Positions 28,201-36,399 are shown, counted from the stretch's first letter. The stretch is 58,302 nt of DNA from an uncultured Planctomycetaceae bacterium (GCA_963977705.1 CAXBSH010000001.1:1-58302); one strand, 5' to 3'. The notes: generated by a model from the sequence alone, not told the origin. Translations and numbers: made by a program.

Positions 28201-28700
28201 CACGAACCGGTGATATTCCCCGTCAGTCCTGGTTTGAGTACGCATAACCTTCGACTGAGATCGGCTCCGATGGGCAGCGGACCTCGAGGATCGCGCAGCT
28301 GAAGTTTCTGCAGGCTGGTACGTCCGAGCAGTAATCCCTGGGCCGATGCAGTATCGGTGTTGTAGAGGTCATATTCCAGCGTGCCACCATTGAGTGTCCG
28401 CCCCTGAAGTTCTGCCTTGTAGCTTGAAGTTCGAATCGCCGGTGACTCTGGTTGCCGGGAGTGTCGAGCGAGTTTCTGCAGGCGCTCAACCTCAGCCTGA
28501 GGGAGAGGTAAGTAATCTCCTGTTGTGATCAGATCCTGAATTTTTTCGGGGGTATCACCGGGTGAGGTGGGTGGCGCTGCGGGAATCGTTTCGGATGTCG
28601 TGGTTGGTTCAGCCTGACTGCCTGCAGACTGTGGCCCCTGCGTGGTGCCGTCCTGCAGCATCAGCAGCGCGCACAACAGAATGTAGGCCGTTCCAGTCAT
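22266..28700 (-). CDS. giant membrane-anchored protein of unknown function (2144 aa; two tandem ~1,050-1,090-aa modules fused in frame)
   Basis: ATG 28700 lies 1 nt after the upstream gene's TGA (28704-28702); the track ORF start at 28892 lies inside that gene. N-terminal signal 'MTGTAYILLCALLMLQDG'. Three hydrophobic segments lie at 25545-25742. An internal signal-peptide-like 'MSARGLVRYLRSFSRTPVLNSLVLLFAVLSQSTSA|QETP' follows (25544-25440). The final TM is 'TTIIPIGVAMFVMVLAVMSA'. I recognise no catalytic or named-domain motif. Confidence 0.85.
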   Translation of the reverse strand: MTGTAYILLCALLMLQDGTTQGPQSAGSQAEPTTTSETIPAAPPTSPGDTPEKIQDLITTGDYLPLPQAEVERLQKLARHSRQPESPAIRTSSYKAELQGRTLNGGTLEYDLYNTDTASAQGLLLGRTSLQKLQLRDPRGPLPIGADLSRRLCVLKPGLTGNITGSWTADGLVSGDTTIFRLELPASTATQLQLRTPAETEVTGLGCLVLGPQPADSGLVWELHAAEPARIAFSCRRTTSLQTSEPLALTAFSASHVLNGDIMSSRWTIGLPQNIRGVTLLTAQLSPNTRVTAVKTDENRSLQWDARLAQNQQILAIQLPESGSTGSLTISAASVIPDADRWDLPALSMQRWLSSSEIRGDLLSPTGIVSVSLPATVNVDNWTLYGMQERDVVPGPDQSRTYQLTQFSSTATATIRTSTRAAVLSDAVATVMEPAGQLAAVRCFINVRCTEAAVIELKWPISPGWQTVAARYASDARVLYFEQPTADGTDAAALNASSMLTVHLPETLEPDTSRVIELRLQQLEHADPARLQPPLSVSAGIERTSSWLLYSPRSQTQSRLPARWTTGQQTASIPDFLSDAPWFPANGLPENTLCFFAGDTLTQPPAEVQPAKCDVKHQMRTDGEGVIVEDLQVEFAATANRTSMVIRLASEFADELSWKINGEAVLPAWRAVAGNENLWRDAVFALPAAAAESTLRISGSIRRTIAGEFIAAIPFLPEAEVAGAVMTVPRSDLKILQVVGLEEHPDYISNEQYAGWTLPALPQPIVVQRLRQQIDATAQSADVANYHVIRERAGLVEHQMLAVVDVSGRSGGSLQIDADQTQPHVLVDGRRVAATITPTGLQIPIPDSRDRCRIVLAWEPELCPIENIRSRVVLSRVRSVDGSGLQFVHHLLIAPELEPELPTSEFRVVKAATAPEPVELVFSDSDDAASPANAPTSLTSGPHATTLQFQLLWKLTRSRDWSYAWLVQPAGNGSLLKLEVTQKQRRQIVAAGMGVVFFGLCLSCSAMLLRNPPAAALPVILLSLAGVFDLPPVVQAALQGAFWGNAAGLLLIMSARGLVRYLRSFSRTPVLNSLVLLFAVLSQSTSAQETPNPGQAPAPEAATLPDDAVLRTLPQNSPMTWIRRSYLQQLRQLQSERSPEPSAVIRSVRALVTAETTESVQLELQLNVSVPSGDEAAALSLPIRGARLVDCTVDGQQVFPDPELPEQISIPIPASRAVPQIPIAVTAPSGRAEPADEVAAFSDHVVICRLRPTTVRQPSGLQFRLPTPPGPDSEIRIETPKGLFSTARLQTADGILHWNPADGPVQFNGLADGDGIDVRLLQTDLERRGPKLATVEVMTVAENTTGLQNLSCYCRFVGWNPLSPEIRYHIPEGFRLLSASAAAGLQSPDLLWSVENQSAVITLPRAVPADFILHLQLRSTRAIPLQQQVIPIHQLNHFDDCKPADTGILALRASSIFAPYSPDRSAATPLSFADVSARWGPWLRRSDLIFETGKSTESLLVTAPDRAATNEVRILQECTFAEQNMNWSCRMDVETSTLAVFRHRITVPEQVVVRKVEVSAGEANRLASWHRQGNVVILLLREGTTGLHAITLEGSRTLLPDDSEIQLAAPTLENSQILESSLILTDQSGSGLAFSDTGDSVSDPPLKPGDALQKGVSLRLTVVGETRPICLTRQTPVDPLGAVAAWWLPDRMQFAVRLSQWPAALGPLEMTFPDNTEFVSEPAVVLDPGKLTLQRTAGRFFPDSAAIRTLFGKSEFTVTWSLPLPDRKSASNAQPYSLNWPLISDRILWTDMFVFNGSTESRSAESRLPSWATEIDRTLLAAPAARSAESAGRFDAAALIAGSRIQLPIAAAPADPDSGPGNSLVAVSATVISAIPGQSPAAETEYLVFSRTAPFTCILEIPDNVAITELPNGVEVNWEDATRRRLIVNSTTNLTQIRLRWLGRLAPEHPGQSRIQFTVPFVRNSQQRQHLWIVSPLREMPSTAPTVETLTSEQQQLLLEQDLRTGISLLSRNSAFRPDQNVATTELLSGSLAESVSLFLNRKTTDAGQRTIRLHRTVTDPVTISFRRHLELTTIIPIGVAMFVMVLAVMSASATVRADYTLTTVITVDNSVLRVTAGQMEGTHSEASAALPERSSAVPGNVRN

Positions 28701-28701
28701 G

Positions 28702-31700
28702 TCAGCGAGACGATCCTGAGGAGGCGTCCGGTTGGAGTGCAGCGCTGTTGAAGCTGCTTCCCTGGTTTTCCCGAACGGCAGCGGTGGCAAGATCCGGTAT
28801 GCCGAAAATCGACGGCAGTTCCGTTGCGTTAGCGAGTCTATGTGCCACGTTTCCACGAGATCCGAGAGCTCGCTGCAACTGGGCGATGACAAGCCCAGTG
28901 ATCAGGCCGACTACTGCAGGTGGCAGGAATACGGACGACCAGAGTGGCTGGGCAACCCAAACAGCCAGTGCGAGAGCGGGTGTGATCACGAGTGGCACAA
29001 GGAAGGACATACGGCGGAACAAAGACATGGAGAGAAAGATCAGCACACATCCAGGGGCCGCTGCCAGAATCTGCAGGGCGAGGGGGATCTCAATTACTGT
29101 CAACTGGCGAGCCGCAGCGCTGCCGAGGCACAGTGCAGTGGTCCTTCCGGGGGGCAGAATCTGTGCAATCTGAGGAGCAACGGCGCTGCGAATGGCGGGA
29201 GAAAACGTTGAAATGACGGTCGTAAGATCTGCCGCCTGCTGTTCGCTCGCTGTGCGGCTCCATGGCAGTAAAGATAATAAACCGGGGTCAAATGTTTCGA
29301 ATCCCCGGCTGAGCGGAATACTGCGGGAGCCGGGGGCAGCAGACAGGCTCCAGACCACCGGCAATGCGGCTTCTTCAGTGGAAAAGTCTGGTCGCAGCAA
29401 TGCCAGTCGACGGTAGAAACCGGGGCCGGAGGGAATGATCTGCCGGCACTTGACGACAAGTACAGCAGGTCCGGAAACTGCCTGCAACGCAGCCGGCAGG
29501 ATCTGCCAGCGAACTGAGCTTCCGTCAGTGGACGGAATGGCCTGCAGTGAAGTTCGTGCTGCATTGGCTTCGGTCAACAGCTGATTTCCGAGCTGTACAG
29601 ACTCCAGTTGCAAAGAGTCAGCAAGCTGGAAAAACAGCGTTGATGGCACATCCTCCCATGCTGCAAGACTGGTGGTCAGTAATTGTCCGGGAAGCAGTTC
29701 GGACGAAACCAGAATCAACAGCGGGCTTTCGCTGTCGGCAAACGTTGAAGCCTTTGTGCGGCGAATCGGGAGTGCAAGATTCTGTGCGACGAGCGATGGA
29801 ATTGCAGCGGAGGGAGATCCGGTCTGGCCACTGCGCCATTGCCATGCTGCATCCGACACATCGGAGAAGATCGGTTCCCAGCGGGCGGGATCAGCAACCA
29901 GCAACCCACTCCACGAAGCCGTCTGAGCACGGATACTGCGGATCAGACAGTCTGCCGGAATGACCAGAGGCAGTTGCTGCAGTCCGTTGGAGTCCGGGGC
30001 TGCAGACTGCAGATCCGTCCAGATCCAGCCGACCTCCAGCAGCAGTTCTCCTCGTGCTGCCTGTGGCAGGCGAAAGGTCCATTTTCCGGACGGACCGATC
30101 CCGGGACGCAGCGGTTCGCGATTGCCGGCAATCCTGACGATTGGTTGAACTCGCTCCGGCACGAACAGCGTGACTTCAGTCAGGTCTTTATGATCAATCA
30201 GGAAGCGAATCTGTTGCCGTATCTCCAAACCGGATTCCACAGGGGTCAGCCCCGCTGCGACTTCAGCTTCGACAACGGGATCCTGTCGCCGCAGCGAGAC
30301 CAGCAGGGGCTGATCAGGATTGCGATACAGCAGGCTGCGAGGTTGCTGTGCGGTTCCTGCCTGAGTTTCAGAGGGGTCCTCTGAAATTCCGGTCAGATCG
30401 TCAGCGGACGCGGGGGCTGTAACTTCGATACGACTCTGGTCAGATTCCAGCAGACGAAGCACCACTGGTTGCCCTGAGCGAGCACGGATCTGTGGGCAGA
30501 GCAGACTCAGAACAGTGTCAGCAGCAGCTTCCTGTTTCGCAAGGCAACGCATTTCGACCGTGAATTCGCCGGTCTGACGCTCGGGAAATGCCAGCGTCAT
30601 CTGGTCGGGCTGGCCTTCGACCTCTCGAACAATCACCGCCGATTGTTCATTGCTGCTGCGTAAGACAAGGTCGCCGGGAAGTGTTCCCCAGATTTCACGC
30701 ATCGTCTGCGGCCACTGCAGGGGCAATTCCAGCAGCGATCCTCGCAGGACGTTGACACGCCAGCGCATCAGCAGACTGATGGAGTTGTTTTCCGGTCGTA
30801 ACTCCAGCTCTTCCTCGAACACGTACTGTGCTTCGGTTTCCTTGACTTCCAGCTGAATGCGCGATTCAGGCGAGCGGAGGCGGAATGCCGTCGCGGCAAC
30901 GCTGGTGTCTGCATCCGAGGCAACACGACGACGCTGTGCTCCCGTGACCTTCGACTGCTCCACAACAAGTCCGGACGGGATCAGAATATCGAGGTCGCCA
31001 GTCTGGACATTGGCTTCCTGAATGGCCGGTAAGGAGATCTGAATTGACTGTGGGAAAACGGGGTTCTTCAACTCCAGCTCAAACCCGAGTGTCAATTGCC
31101 CCTCCACTGCTGAAGTCAGGCGAATCAGAGTCCGCGTTGGAACTTCGTTTGAAAGGACTTCATAGTTTTTAAGAACAGAAACGTTCGCTGAGTTGCGAGC
31201 ACTCACTTCCTGAAGTTCGAATCCCGGAGGATAGGTCACGCTGACCTCTGATAAAGACCCGCCACTGATCTGCAGTGATTGCGTCCCATTCAGGCTGACT
31301 GGAATGGTGGTCAGGTCCAGCTTGATGCGAGTCTGAGATTGCACAACCGGTTTCACTGCAACCTGTGGAGCAATTTCTGACCACGAGAGCGATACCAGCC
31401 CCGATAAGCCCCAGAACTCGATACCACGGATGCCTTCTGCATCACGCTGTGTCTCTGCGACAGCATCGGGTGGCAAACGCTGCAGATCCACAGGGACAGC
31501 AAAATCCAGACGAGCGTGTGAAGCAGTTGATAGCGGTAATGTCAGATTCAGTTGCCAGCCACCTCCCGGTACAGGACGAGCGCGACTGATCATCTGCAGA
31601 TTCAGAGTGTGCAGGCCACGCCCTTTCAGGTGCCAGGTTCTTGAATTCTGATCGCCCACAGACAACACAGCCTCGGCACCCGGGGCCTGCGACTCATGAC

Positions 31701-32121
31701 GAAACTCCGTCAGAAAGAGTTCACCAAATGACAGTGGGACCGCTATCCACTCACCTTCTGTGCGAACGCGGACCTGCAACCGGAAATTCAGACGGACGAC
31801 ATCCCGCTCGACTGTCCCCGAGATTTCGGTTTGAGCAACAGTGAATGCCGGAACGGAACGTTGTTCAAGCCCGCGCTGCAGAAGTTGATCCGCGATTTCA
31901 GAACCCAGCAGGTTGCGAAGCGGAATCTGTTCGCCGGATTTCATCTGAATCACGATCTCAGAGATTTCCGGAAGATCGCCCGGGGGAGTCTGCGCAGCAG
32001 GGACGTCTGGCGGGGACTGAATGGGTTCAGTCTGCGCGGTACATGGTGTTGCAATCAGCCACAGACTGATCACAGCCAGCAACCGTGCGGCGCTGCCGAT
32101 ATTCGGAAGTCGCCGAGCCAT
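28702..32121 (-). CDS. giant membrane-anchored protein of unknown function (1139 aa; first module of the three-module set)
   Basis: ATG 32121 gives the signal peptide 'MARRLPNIGSAARLLAVISLWLIATPCTA|QTEP'; the track ORF starts 20 codons upstream. It has a Pro-rich linker, ~950 aa without a recognisable motif, and three C-terminal hydrophobic segments ('GCVLIFLSMSLF', 'FLVPLVITPALALAVWVA', 'VFLPPAVVGLITGLVIAQL'). Confidence 0.85.
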   Translation of the reverse strand: MARRLPNIGSAARLLAVISLWLIATPCTAQTEPIQSPPDVPAAQTPPGDLPEISEIVIQMKSGEQIPLRNLLGSEIADQLLQRGLEQRSVPAFTVAQTEISGTVERDVVRLNFRLQVRVRTEGEWIAVPLSFGELFLTEFRHESQAPGAEAVLSVGDQNSRTWHLKGRGLHTLNLQMISRARPVPGGGWQLNLTLPLSTASHARLDFAVPVDLQRLPPDAVAETQRDAEGIRGIEFWGLSGLVSLSWSEIAPQVAVKPVVQSQTRIKLDLTTIPVSLNGTQSLQISGGSLSEVSVTYPPGFELQEVSARNSANVSVLKNYEVLSNEVPTRTLIRLTSAVEGQLTLGFELELKNPVFPQSIQISLPAIQEANVQTGDLDILIPSGLVVEQSKVTGAQRRRVASDADTSVAATAFRLRSPESRIQLEVKETEAQYVFEEELELRPENNSISLLMRWRVNVLRGSLLELPLQWPQTMREIWGTLPGDLVLRSSNEQSAVIVREVEGQPDQMTLAFPERQTGEFTVEMRCLAKQEAAADTVLSLLCPQIRARSGQPVVLRLLESDQSRIEVTAPASADDLTGISEDPSETQAGTAQQPRSLLYRNPDQPLLVSLRRQDPVVEAEVAAGLTPVESGLEIRQQIRFLIDHKDLTEVTLFVPERVQPIVRIAGNREPLRPGIGPSGKWTFRLPQAARGELLLEVGWIWTDLQSAAPDSNGLQQLPLVIPADCLIRSIRAQTASWSGLLVADPARWEPIFSDVSDAAWQWRSGQTGSPSAAIPSLVAQNLALPIRRTKASTFADSESPLLILVSSELLPGQLLTTSLAAWEDVPSTLFFQLADSLQLESVQLGNQLLTEANAARTSLQAIPSTDGSSVRWQILPAALQAVSGPAVLVVKCRQIIPSGPGFYRRLALLRPDFSTEEAALPVVWSLSAAPGSRSIPLSRGFETFDPGLLSLLPWSRTASEQQAADLTTVISTFSPAIRSAVAPQIAQILPPGRTTALCLGSAAARQLTVIEIPLALQILAAAPGCVLIFLSMSLFRRMSFLVPLVITPALALAVWVAQPLWSSVFLPPAVVGLITGLVIAQLQRALGSRGNVAHRLANATELPSIFGIPDLATAAVRENQGSSFNSAALQPDASSGSSR

Positions 32122-32313
32122 AAAAACGGACCCCCAATGCAGCCTCAAAGGCCACAGACACCGGAACTGAGATCCGATCAAGCCATCCCAGCTGGATCGG
32201 GAACTGACAGAGCACGTCGCGAAGTACGTATTCTGCCAGTCTGCTGCCAGTATAGTTTACGCAAATCACCCGGGCGGGAGAAGTTGCCAAACTTTACGGT
32301 CCGGGTTGACTGG

Positions 32314-33087
32314 CTATTTGAACAGTACTGTCAGGTTCTTTTGCAGTTCAAGCGAGCTGGCTGCGAGCAGGCTGGGTTTGAAGAGGTCAGGGGGATTTCC
32401 GTCGAGGTCACTGACAGTTCCGCCAGATTCAGTAACCAAAAGTACACCTGCTGCGATATCCCAGACATTGAGGCTGCTGGACCAGAAAGCATCAATCCTG
32501 CCGGCGGCGAGGTAGGCGAGATTCAGTGCGGCCGAGCCGGTTCGCTGCACGGTCTGGAGTGTTTGCAGTGCTTTCAGGAATCGGCTGATAGCCGGGTTTT
32601 CCGGATTTGCTGCGATTGGCAGGCTGGCGATGCCAAAGGCTTTTTCTGTACGAGTTTCTCCACTGGTGCGGAGTGGTATTCCGTTGAGAGTGGCGCCGTA
32701 GCCGCGACTGGCGGCGAAAACGTCGTTGCGGGTGGGGTCAAGGATGACTCCAACTTCAACCACGCCTTTGTGCATCAGTGCGATGGATACTGCGAAGTAG
32801 GGGAAACCGTGGACGTAGTTGGACGTTCCGTCGAGTGGGTCGATGATCCAGACCGTGTCCTCAATAGTGCCGCGATCATTGAGATTTTCTTCGCCGAGGA
32901 ACGAGTAATCGGGGAACTGACTTCGCAGTCTGTTGACGATGGTCGTCTGGGACGCCTCGTCAGCCTCGGTGACGAGGTTTGCTCGACTTTTTTCGCGCAC
33001 GGAGAATTTGCCCTGCCAGTTGAGGAGCACATTTCCGGCGAGTGAGGCGGCATCGATGGCCGCTGTCAGCCATTCCTCGTGTGACAT
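32314..33087 (-). CDS. inositol monophosphatase family protein (SuhB/IMPase-like)
   Basis: 257 aa. Motifs 'FLGEE', 'WIIDPLDGTSNYVHGFPYFAVSIAL' and 'WDIAAGVLLVTESGG'. Confidence 0.9.
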   Translation of the reverse strand: MSHEEWLTAAIDAASLAGNVLLNWQGKFSVREKSRANLVTEADEASQTTIVNRLRSQFPDYSFLGEENLNDRGTIEDTVWIIDPLDGTSNYVHGFPYFAVSIALMHKGVVEVGVILDPTRNDVFAASRGYGATLNGIPLRTSGETRTEKAFGIASLPIAANPENPAISRFLKALQTLQTVQRTGSAALNLAYLAAGRIDAFWSSSLNVWDIAAGVLLVTESGGTVSDLDGNPPDLFKPSLLAASSLELQKNLTVLFK

Positions 33088-33417
33088 GGACGATTGGTCC
33101 TTTCAGGTCCTGGTTGGTGTGCGGGGACTGTTCGGGGTGCTGAGCGACATTTCGGTGCAGTGTATCCAAAAGGGAACGTCGTCATAATCGGAATGATCGA
33201 TCCAGACCGCCATTCCTGCGACGATTGAGGAGGTTCCCGCGTGCGGATTGCCGGATTAGGGTTGCCGACATGGTGAATCCCTCCAATTCTGCTGTGTAGT
33301 GTGAGTGAAAACCTGCAGAAAAGTTGTCTGGCGGTGGGCCATTCGGCCGAAATTGCCGATACAGCAGGAAACCGTCGATATCTCTGCTGGCATCATGGAT
33401 AGGGATTTGGAAGTTTC

Positions 33418-33906
33418 ATGAAGTCGGGTCGTGTATCGCTCGGCCGTCGCGGTGCCGTTCTATCGATGGAACTGGTGCTGGTACTGCCGATTTTTCTGTT
33501 GCTGATCTTTGGCATTGCCCAGTATTCAATGCTGATGGCGGCCCACGCGCGGATCACGTCCGCTGCTCAGACGGGCGTACGCCTGATGAGTCTGAGTGGG
33601 GCAAGTGAGGCGGAGGTTCAGCAGAGTGTTTCCCAGTTGCTGGGAGTGTCATTGGCGTCTGAATGTGAGATCGAGGTGGAACCGGCGGAGTATGCTGGGC
33701 AGGTTGGCCGTGTTCATGTGCGTGTTCCGATGGCCAGTGCCAGTCCGGATCTGCTGTGGATGACGGGTTTCAGTCTGGCTGGCCGGTATCTCGAGGCAAG
33801 TTCTGCGATGGTCATGGAGCGTGTGGCACCTCTGGAGTCCGTTGCTGCTGAAGACAGCGATCTGACTGCAGAGAATTCCGTTGCTCCGGCGTCGCAAGCG
33901 TTTTGA
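33418..33906 (+). CDS. TadE-like (Flp-pilus pseudopilin-like) protein
   Basis: 162 aa. The N-terminus 'RRGAVLSMELVLVLPIFLLLIFGIAQYSMLMAA' matches the TadE-like domain pattern (conserved E followed by a hydrophobic helix). Confidence 0.7.
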   Translation: MKSGRVSLGRRGAVLSMELVLVLPIFLLLIFGIAQYSMLMAAHARITSAAQTGVRLMSLSGASEAEVQQSVSQLLGVSLASECEIEVEPAEYAGQVGRVHVRVPMASASPDLLWMTGFSLAGRYLEASSAMVMERVAPLESVAAEDSDLTAENSVAPASQAF

Positions 33907-33924
33907 TGAACTGAGGAGACATCC

Positions 33925-34935
33925 GTGAAGATCACCCCGTGGATGCTGACGATCGCGACCTTTGCCGTTGTTTGCACACTGGCTTCGGGATATTTTTTGA
34001 AGGTGGTGTTTGCGCGTCCGGAAATGCGTGAGTCTGTGCGGACCACGCGTACGATTCCGATGCTGCAGTCCGACGTTGAACCGGGCACCACCATCACTCG
34101 CGCACACCTCGGGCTGGGGCCGTGGGATCGTTCCAAGTCCCTCGAGCCTGATACAATTCTGAATTCCGATACGATTGTCAATCGCATCGCAAAAGAGAAG
34201 ATCTCGGCGGCAACGCCTTTGCGTGGATCAATGTTCTATGCTCCGGGTGACTTTCCGGAGTTGGAAGTGGAAGATGGAAAGCGGGCTGTCGTAGTGCGTG
34301 TCAGCCCAACGACTGCAGCGTTGAACGCCAAACTGAAGCCTGGTCAGTATGTTGACGTGCAGTTGACAGTTGACGAGGCCGACGTTTCAGCGGCAGCTCG
34401 GCGGCGTGCAGGGCTTGATCCGCGCAACGATACACTGTCGGGCGATGCGATGACTGCGACACTGTTTCGTGGAGTGAAGGTGATTCAGGTGAATCGTGCG
34501 TCCGGTGGATCTCGTTCGGCCGGACAGAGTGTGACTCTGGAACTGGATGAGGAACAGTCAAGAATCGCTCTGCTGGCGCAGAAAAAGGGCGAGGTTGATC
34601 TGATCTACAGCAACAGCGGACCAGGGCAGGGTGGGATCAGTATTGAAGCCAGCGAGGATGATCGAATCTTCTTCATGGAGATCCTCGGCCTCAAATCGAT
34701 GGCTCGCGAAGAGAACAAGCCATTTCGAACTGAGCAGTATCGTGGCTCCAGTTTCAACAGCGGATATTTTCAGGATGGTGCAAGACTTGGCAATCCCTCT
34801 GGCCAACGTCCGGCACCGACTGCTCCCAACAGTACACCGATTCGCGGACCATCGACAACACAACTTGATGACAGTGACCTGACGCTGGACGACCTTGCGG
34901 GAACGCTGCCCGACGACAGTGCAGTGCCTCGATAG
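33925..34935 (+). CDS. cpaB: Flp pilus assembly protein CpaB-like, with disordered C-terminal tail
   Basis: 336 aa, GTG start. N-terminal TM 'WMLTIATFAVVCTLASGYFL'; SAF-like 'IPMLQSDVEPGTTITRAHL'; RcpC-like 'KRAVVVRVSPTTAALNAKLKPGQYVDVQLT'. The last ~60 aa are P/S/T/D-rich. Confidence 0.7.
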   Translation: MKITPWMLTIATFAVVCTLASGYFLKVVFARPEMRESVRTTRTIPMLQSDVEPGTTITRAHLGLGPWDRSKSLEPDTILNSDTIVNRIAKEKISAATPLRGSMFYAPGDFPELEVEDGKRAVVVRVSPTTAALNAKLKPGQYVDVQLTVDEADVSAAARRRAGLDPRNDTLSGDAMTATLFRGVKVIQVNRASGGSRSAGQSVTLELDEEQSRIALLAQKKGEVDLIYSNSGPGQGGISIEASEDDRIFFMEILGLKSMAREENKPFRTEQYRGSSFNSGYFQDGARLGNPSGQRPAPTAPNSTPIRGPSTTQLDDSDLTLDDLAGTLPDDSAVPR

Positions 34936-34967
34936 GTTCCAGTGAGTATCGCCGGGGGGGACAAGCC

Positions 34968-36152
34968 ATGCTCAGGATGCAGGCTGTTTATGGACTGTGC
35001 AGTCTGAAGGCTTCGGCAGCTGAAGTCCCTGTCCGGGTGCGACGTGGCGTACTTTCGTTGTGGACTGTCATGGCGCTGGGTTTCATCGGACTCGCGTCAT
35101 TTCTGGTGCTGGACGTTTGGCTGATTTCCGGGCTGCTGCAGCATGCCCGCAACTGCTGTGAGTCGTCTGCAGCGGCTGCTGCGTACAAGTGGGTGTCCGA
35201 TGATCTGCTGCGACAGTCATGGCAGCAGTTTGAGGTGGATGGTCGACAGGCGGAGTGCACCGCAGCGGCAGTAGAGCAGGCAGACTGGTACTCTGAACGC
35301 ACACCTCTGCCGGCTTTGAACGCCGACGATGTGGAATATATCTGGTCGCAGTCAGAAGATGCGACGGATGAGGCGGGCTTTCCGATACCAACAGCAATCC
35401 GTGTGCGACATTCCACTGCGGATGCTCGCGTCTACCGACGTGCAGGCAGTCTGTTGAACCTGGCGCCGGTGACGACGGCAGCGTCGGCTCGTCTGGAGAA
35501 TAGACCGGTTGCATTTCGTCCGGCACCCGGTCAGACTCTGCCCATGCTGCCTTTTTCGATCTGTGATGATCCGAATCTGAGTGGTGCTGGCTGGTGGACA
35601 TCACAGGTGGAGCAGGGTGGTGGAGCGGATCAAGTTGCCTGGAATCCGGAAATGAGGATCTTCGAGCAGGGGCCGGATGGAATTCCGGAGATCGTGGTGG
35701 AACTCACAACGGAACCTTCCGGAAAGCCACAGGAACTTGTGTTACTGGATTTTAACGCAGGTGACTCGACCAGTGTTCGTCCGTTGAACCGACAGATTCA
35801 GGAGGGACTGCGTTCGTCCGATCTTGAATCGCTGGGGATGAGGGAATTGACTTTTCCCTGTGATTTTCCCTCGCTCACTCCGACTCTTGAGCAGTTGGGA
35901 GAGGTTGAGGAGGAATTGGCAGATGGTCGTGCGGAGCCTGCTCTGCTGATGCTCTGCAGTCGTTTGTCGTCATCGGGGTTTTCACTGCAGCGACCGGTAG
36001 CGGTACGCGTGGTCGACGCAGTACGTCCGGACAGCGAGACATTGCAACTGACGTTTCAGCCCTGTGTTCTTGTGACCGGGATGGCAGTGACTGCAACGGA
36101 CGATGCAACTCCCTCGAATCGCTACGTCTACAGCATCCGACTGGCTGACTGA
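34968..36152 (+). CDS. TadG-like (Tad_N-type) putative pilus-assembly protein
   Basis: 394 aa. The N-terminal 'RRGVLSLWTVMALGFIGLASFLVLDVWLISGLLQHARNCCESSAAAAAY' follows the TadG N-terminal pattern (TM helix, then D..., then an Ala-rich helix). I see no vWA motif. Confidence 0.55.
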   Translation: MLRMQAVYGLCSLKASAAEVPVRVRRGVLSLWTVMALGFIGLASFLVLDVWLISGLLQHARNCCESSAAAAAYKWVSDDLLRQSWQQFEVDGRQAECTAAAVEQADWYSERTPLPALNADDVEYIWSQSEDATDEAGFPIPTAIRVRHSTADARVYRRAGSLLNLAPVTTAASARLENRPVAFRPAPGQTLPMLPFSICDDPNLSGAGWWTSQVEQGGGADQVAWNPEMRIFEQGPDGIPEIVVELTTEPSGKPQELVLLDFNAGDSTSVRPLNRQIQEGLRSSDLESLGMRELTFPCDFPSLTPTLEQLGEVEEELADGRAEPALLMLCSRLSSSGFSLQRPVAVRVVDAVRPDSETLQLTFQPCVLVTGMAVTATDDATPSNRYVYSIRLAD

Positions 36153-36399
36153 ACTGCATGCCGCAGGAAGGTAGGTTCTGCTGTATAGGCGCCGAGGACA
36201 AAAGGTGGCCCGAGTATTCCTGCTCGGCCCCCTCCCTTGAAAAACACGGGGGATTGCAAGGGTGACGAGAACTTCTTGCCCGGGCTGAAGCCCAGACTAC
36301 GACTTTGGTCCCTCGCGTCTGTATAGTCCGACGCTGCTGAGCGTGGGCCGAGGCCAGCAGTGCCAATCCGGACTGGAATTTTTCCCGCCCCGCTTGCAG

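Noticed and set aside
28701-28892. A 64-codon upstream extension of the 2208-aa track ORF that overlaps the end of the preceding giant gene.
   Set aside because: ATG 28700 sits 1 nt after the upstream stop and begins a hydrophobic leader. The extension has no signal-like features and would require a 190-nt gene overlap.
31831-33045. A 404-aa plus-strand ORF spanning the giant-gene start, the spacer and the antisense strand of the IMPase-family gene.
   Set aside because: This is a shadow ORF of GC-rich coding sequence. The opposite strand carries unmistakable IMPase motifs and the signal peptide of the giant protein.
33182-33271. A 29-aa minus-strand ORF ('MSATLIRQSARGNLLNRRRNGGLDRSFRL') with GGAGGG 7 nt upstream, in the spacer between the IMPase-family gene and the tadE-like gene. 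It was examined while looking for an Flp pilin.
   Set aside because: It is not Flp-like: it lacks a hydrophobic helix and the G/xxxxEY motif. It is very short and Arg-rich, and there is no other support.
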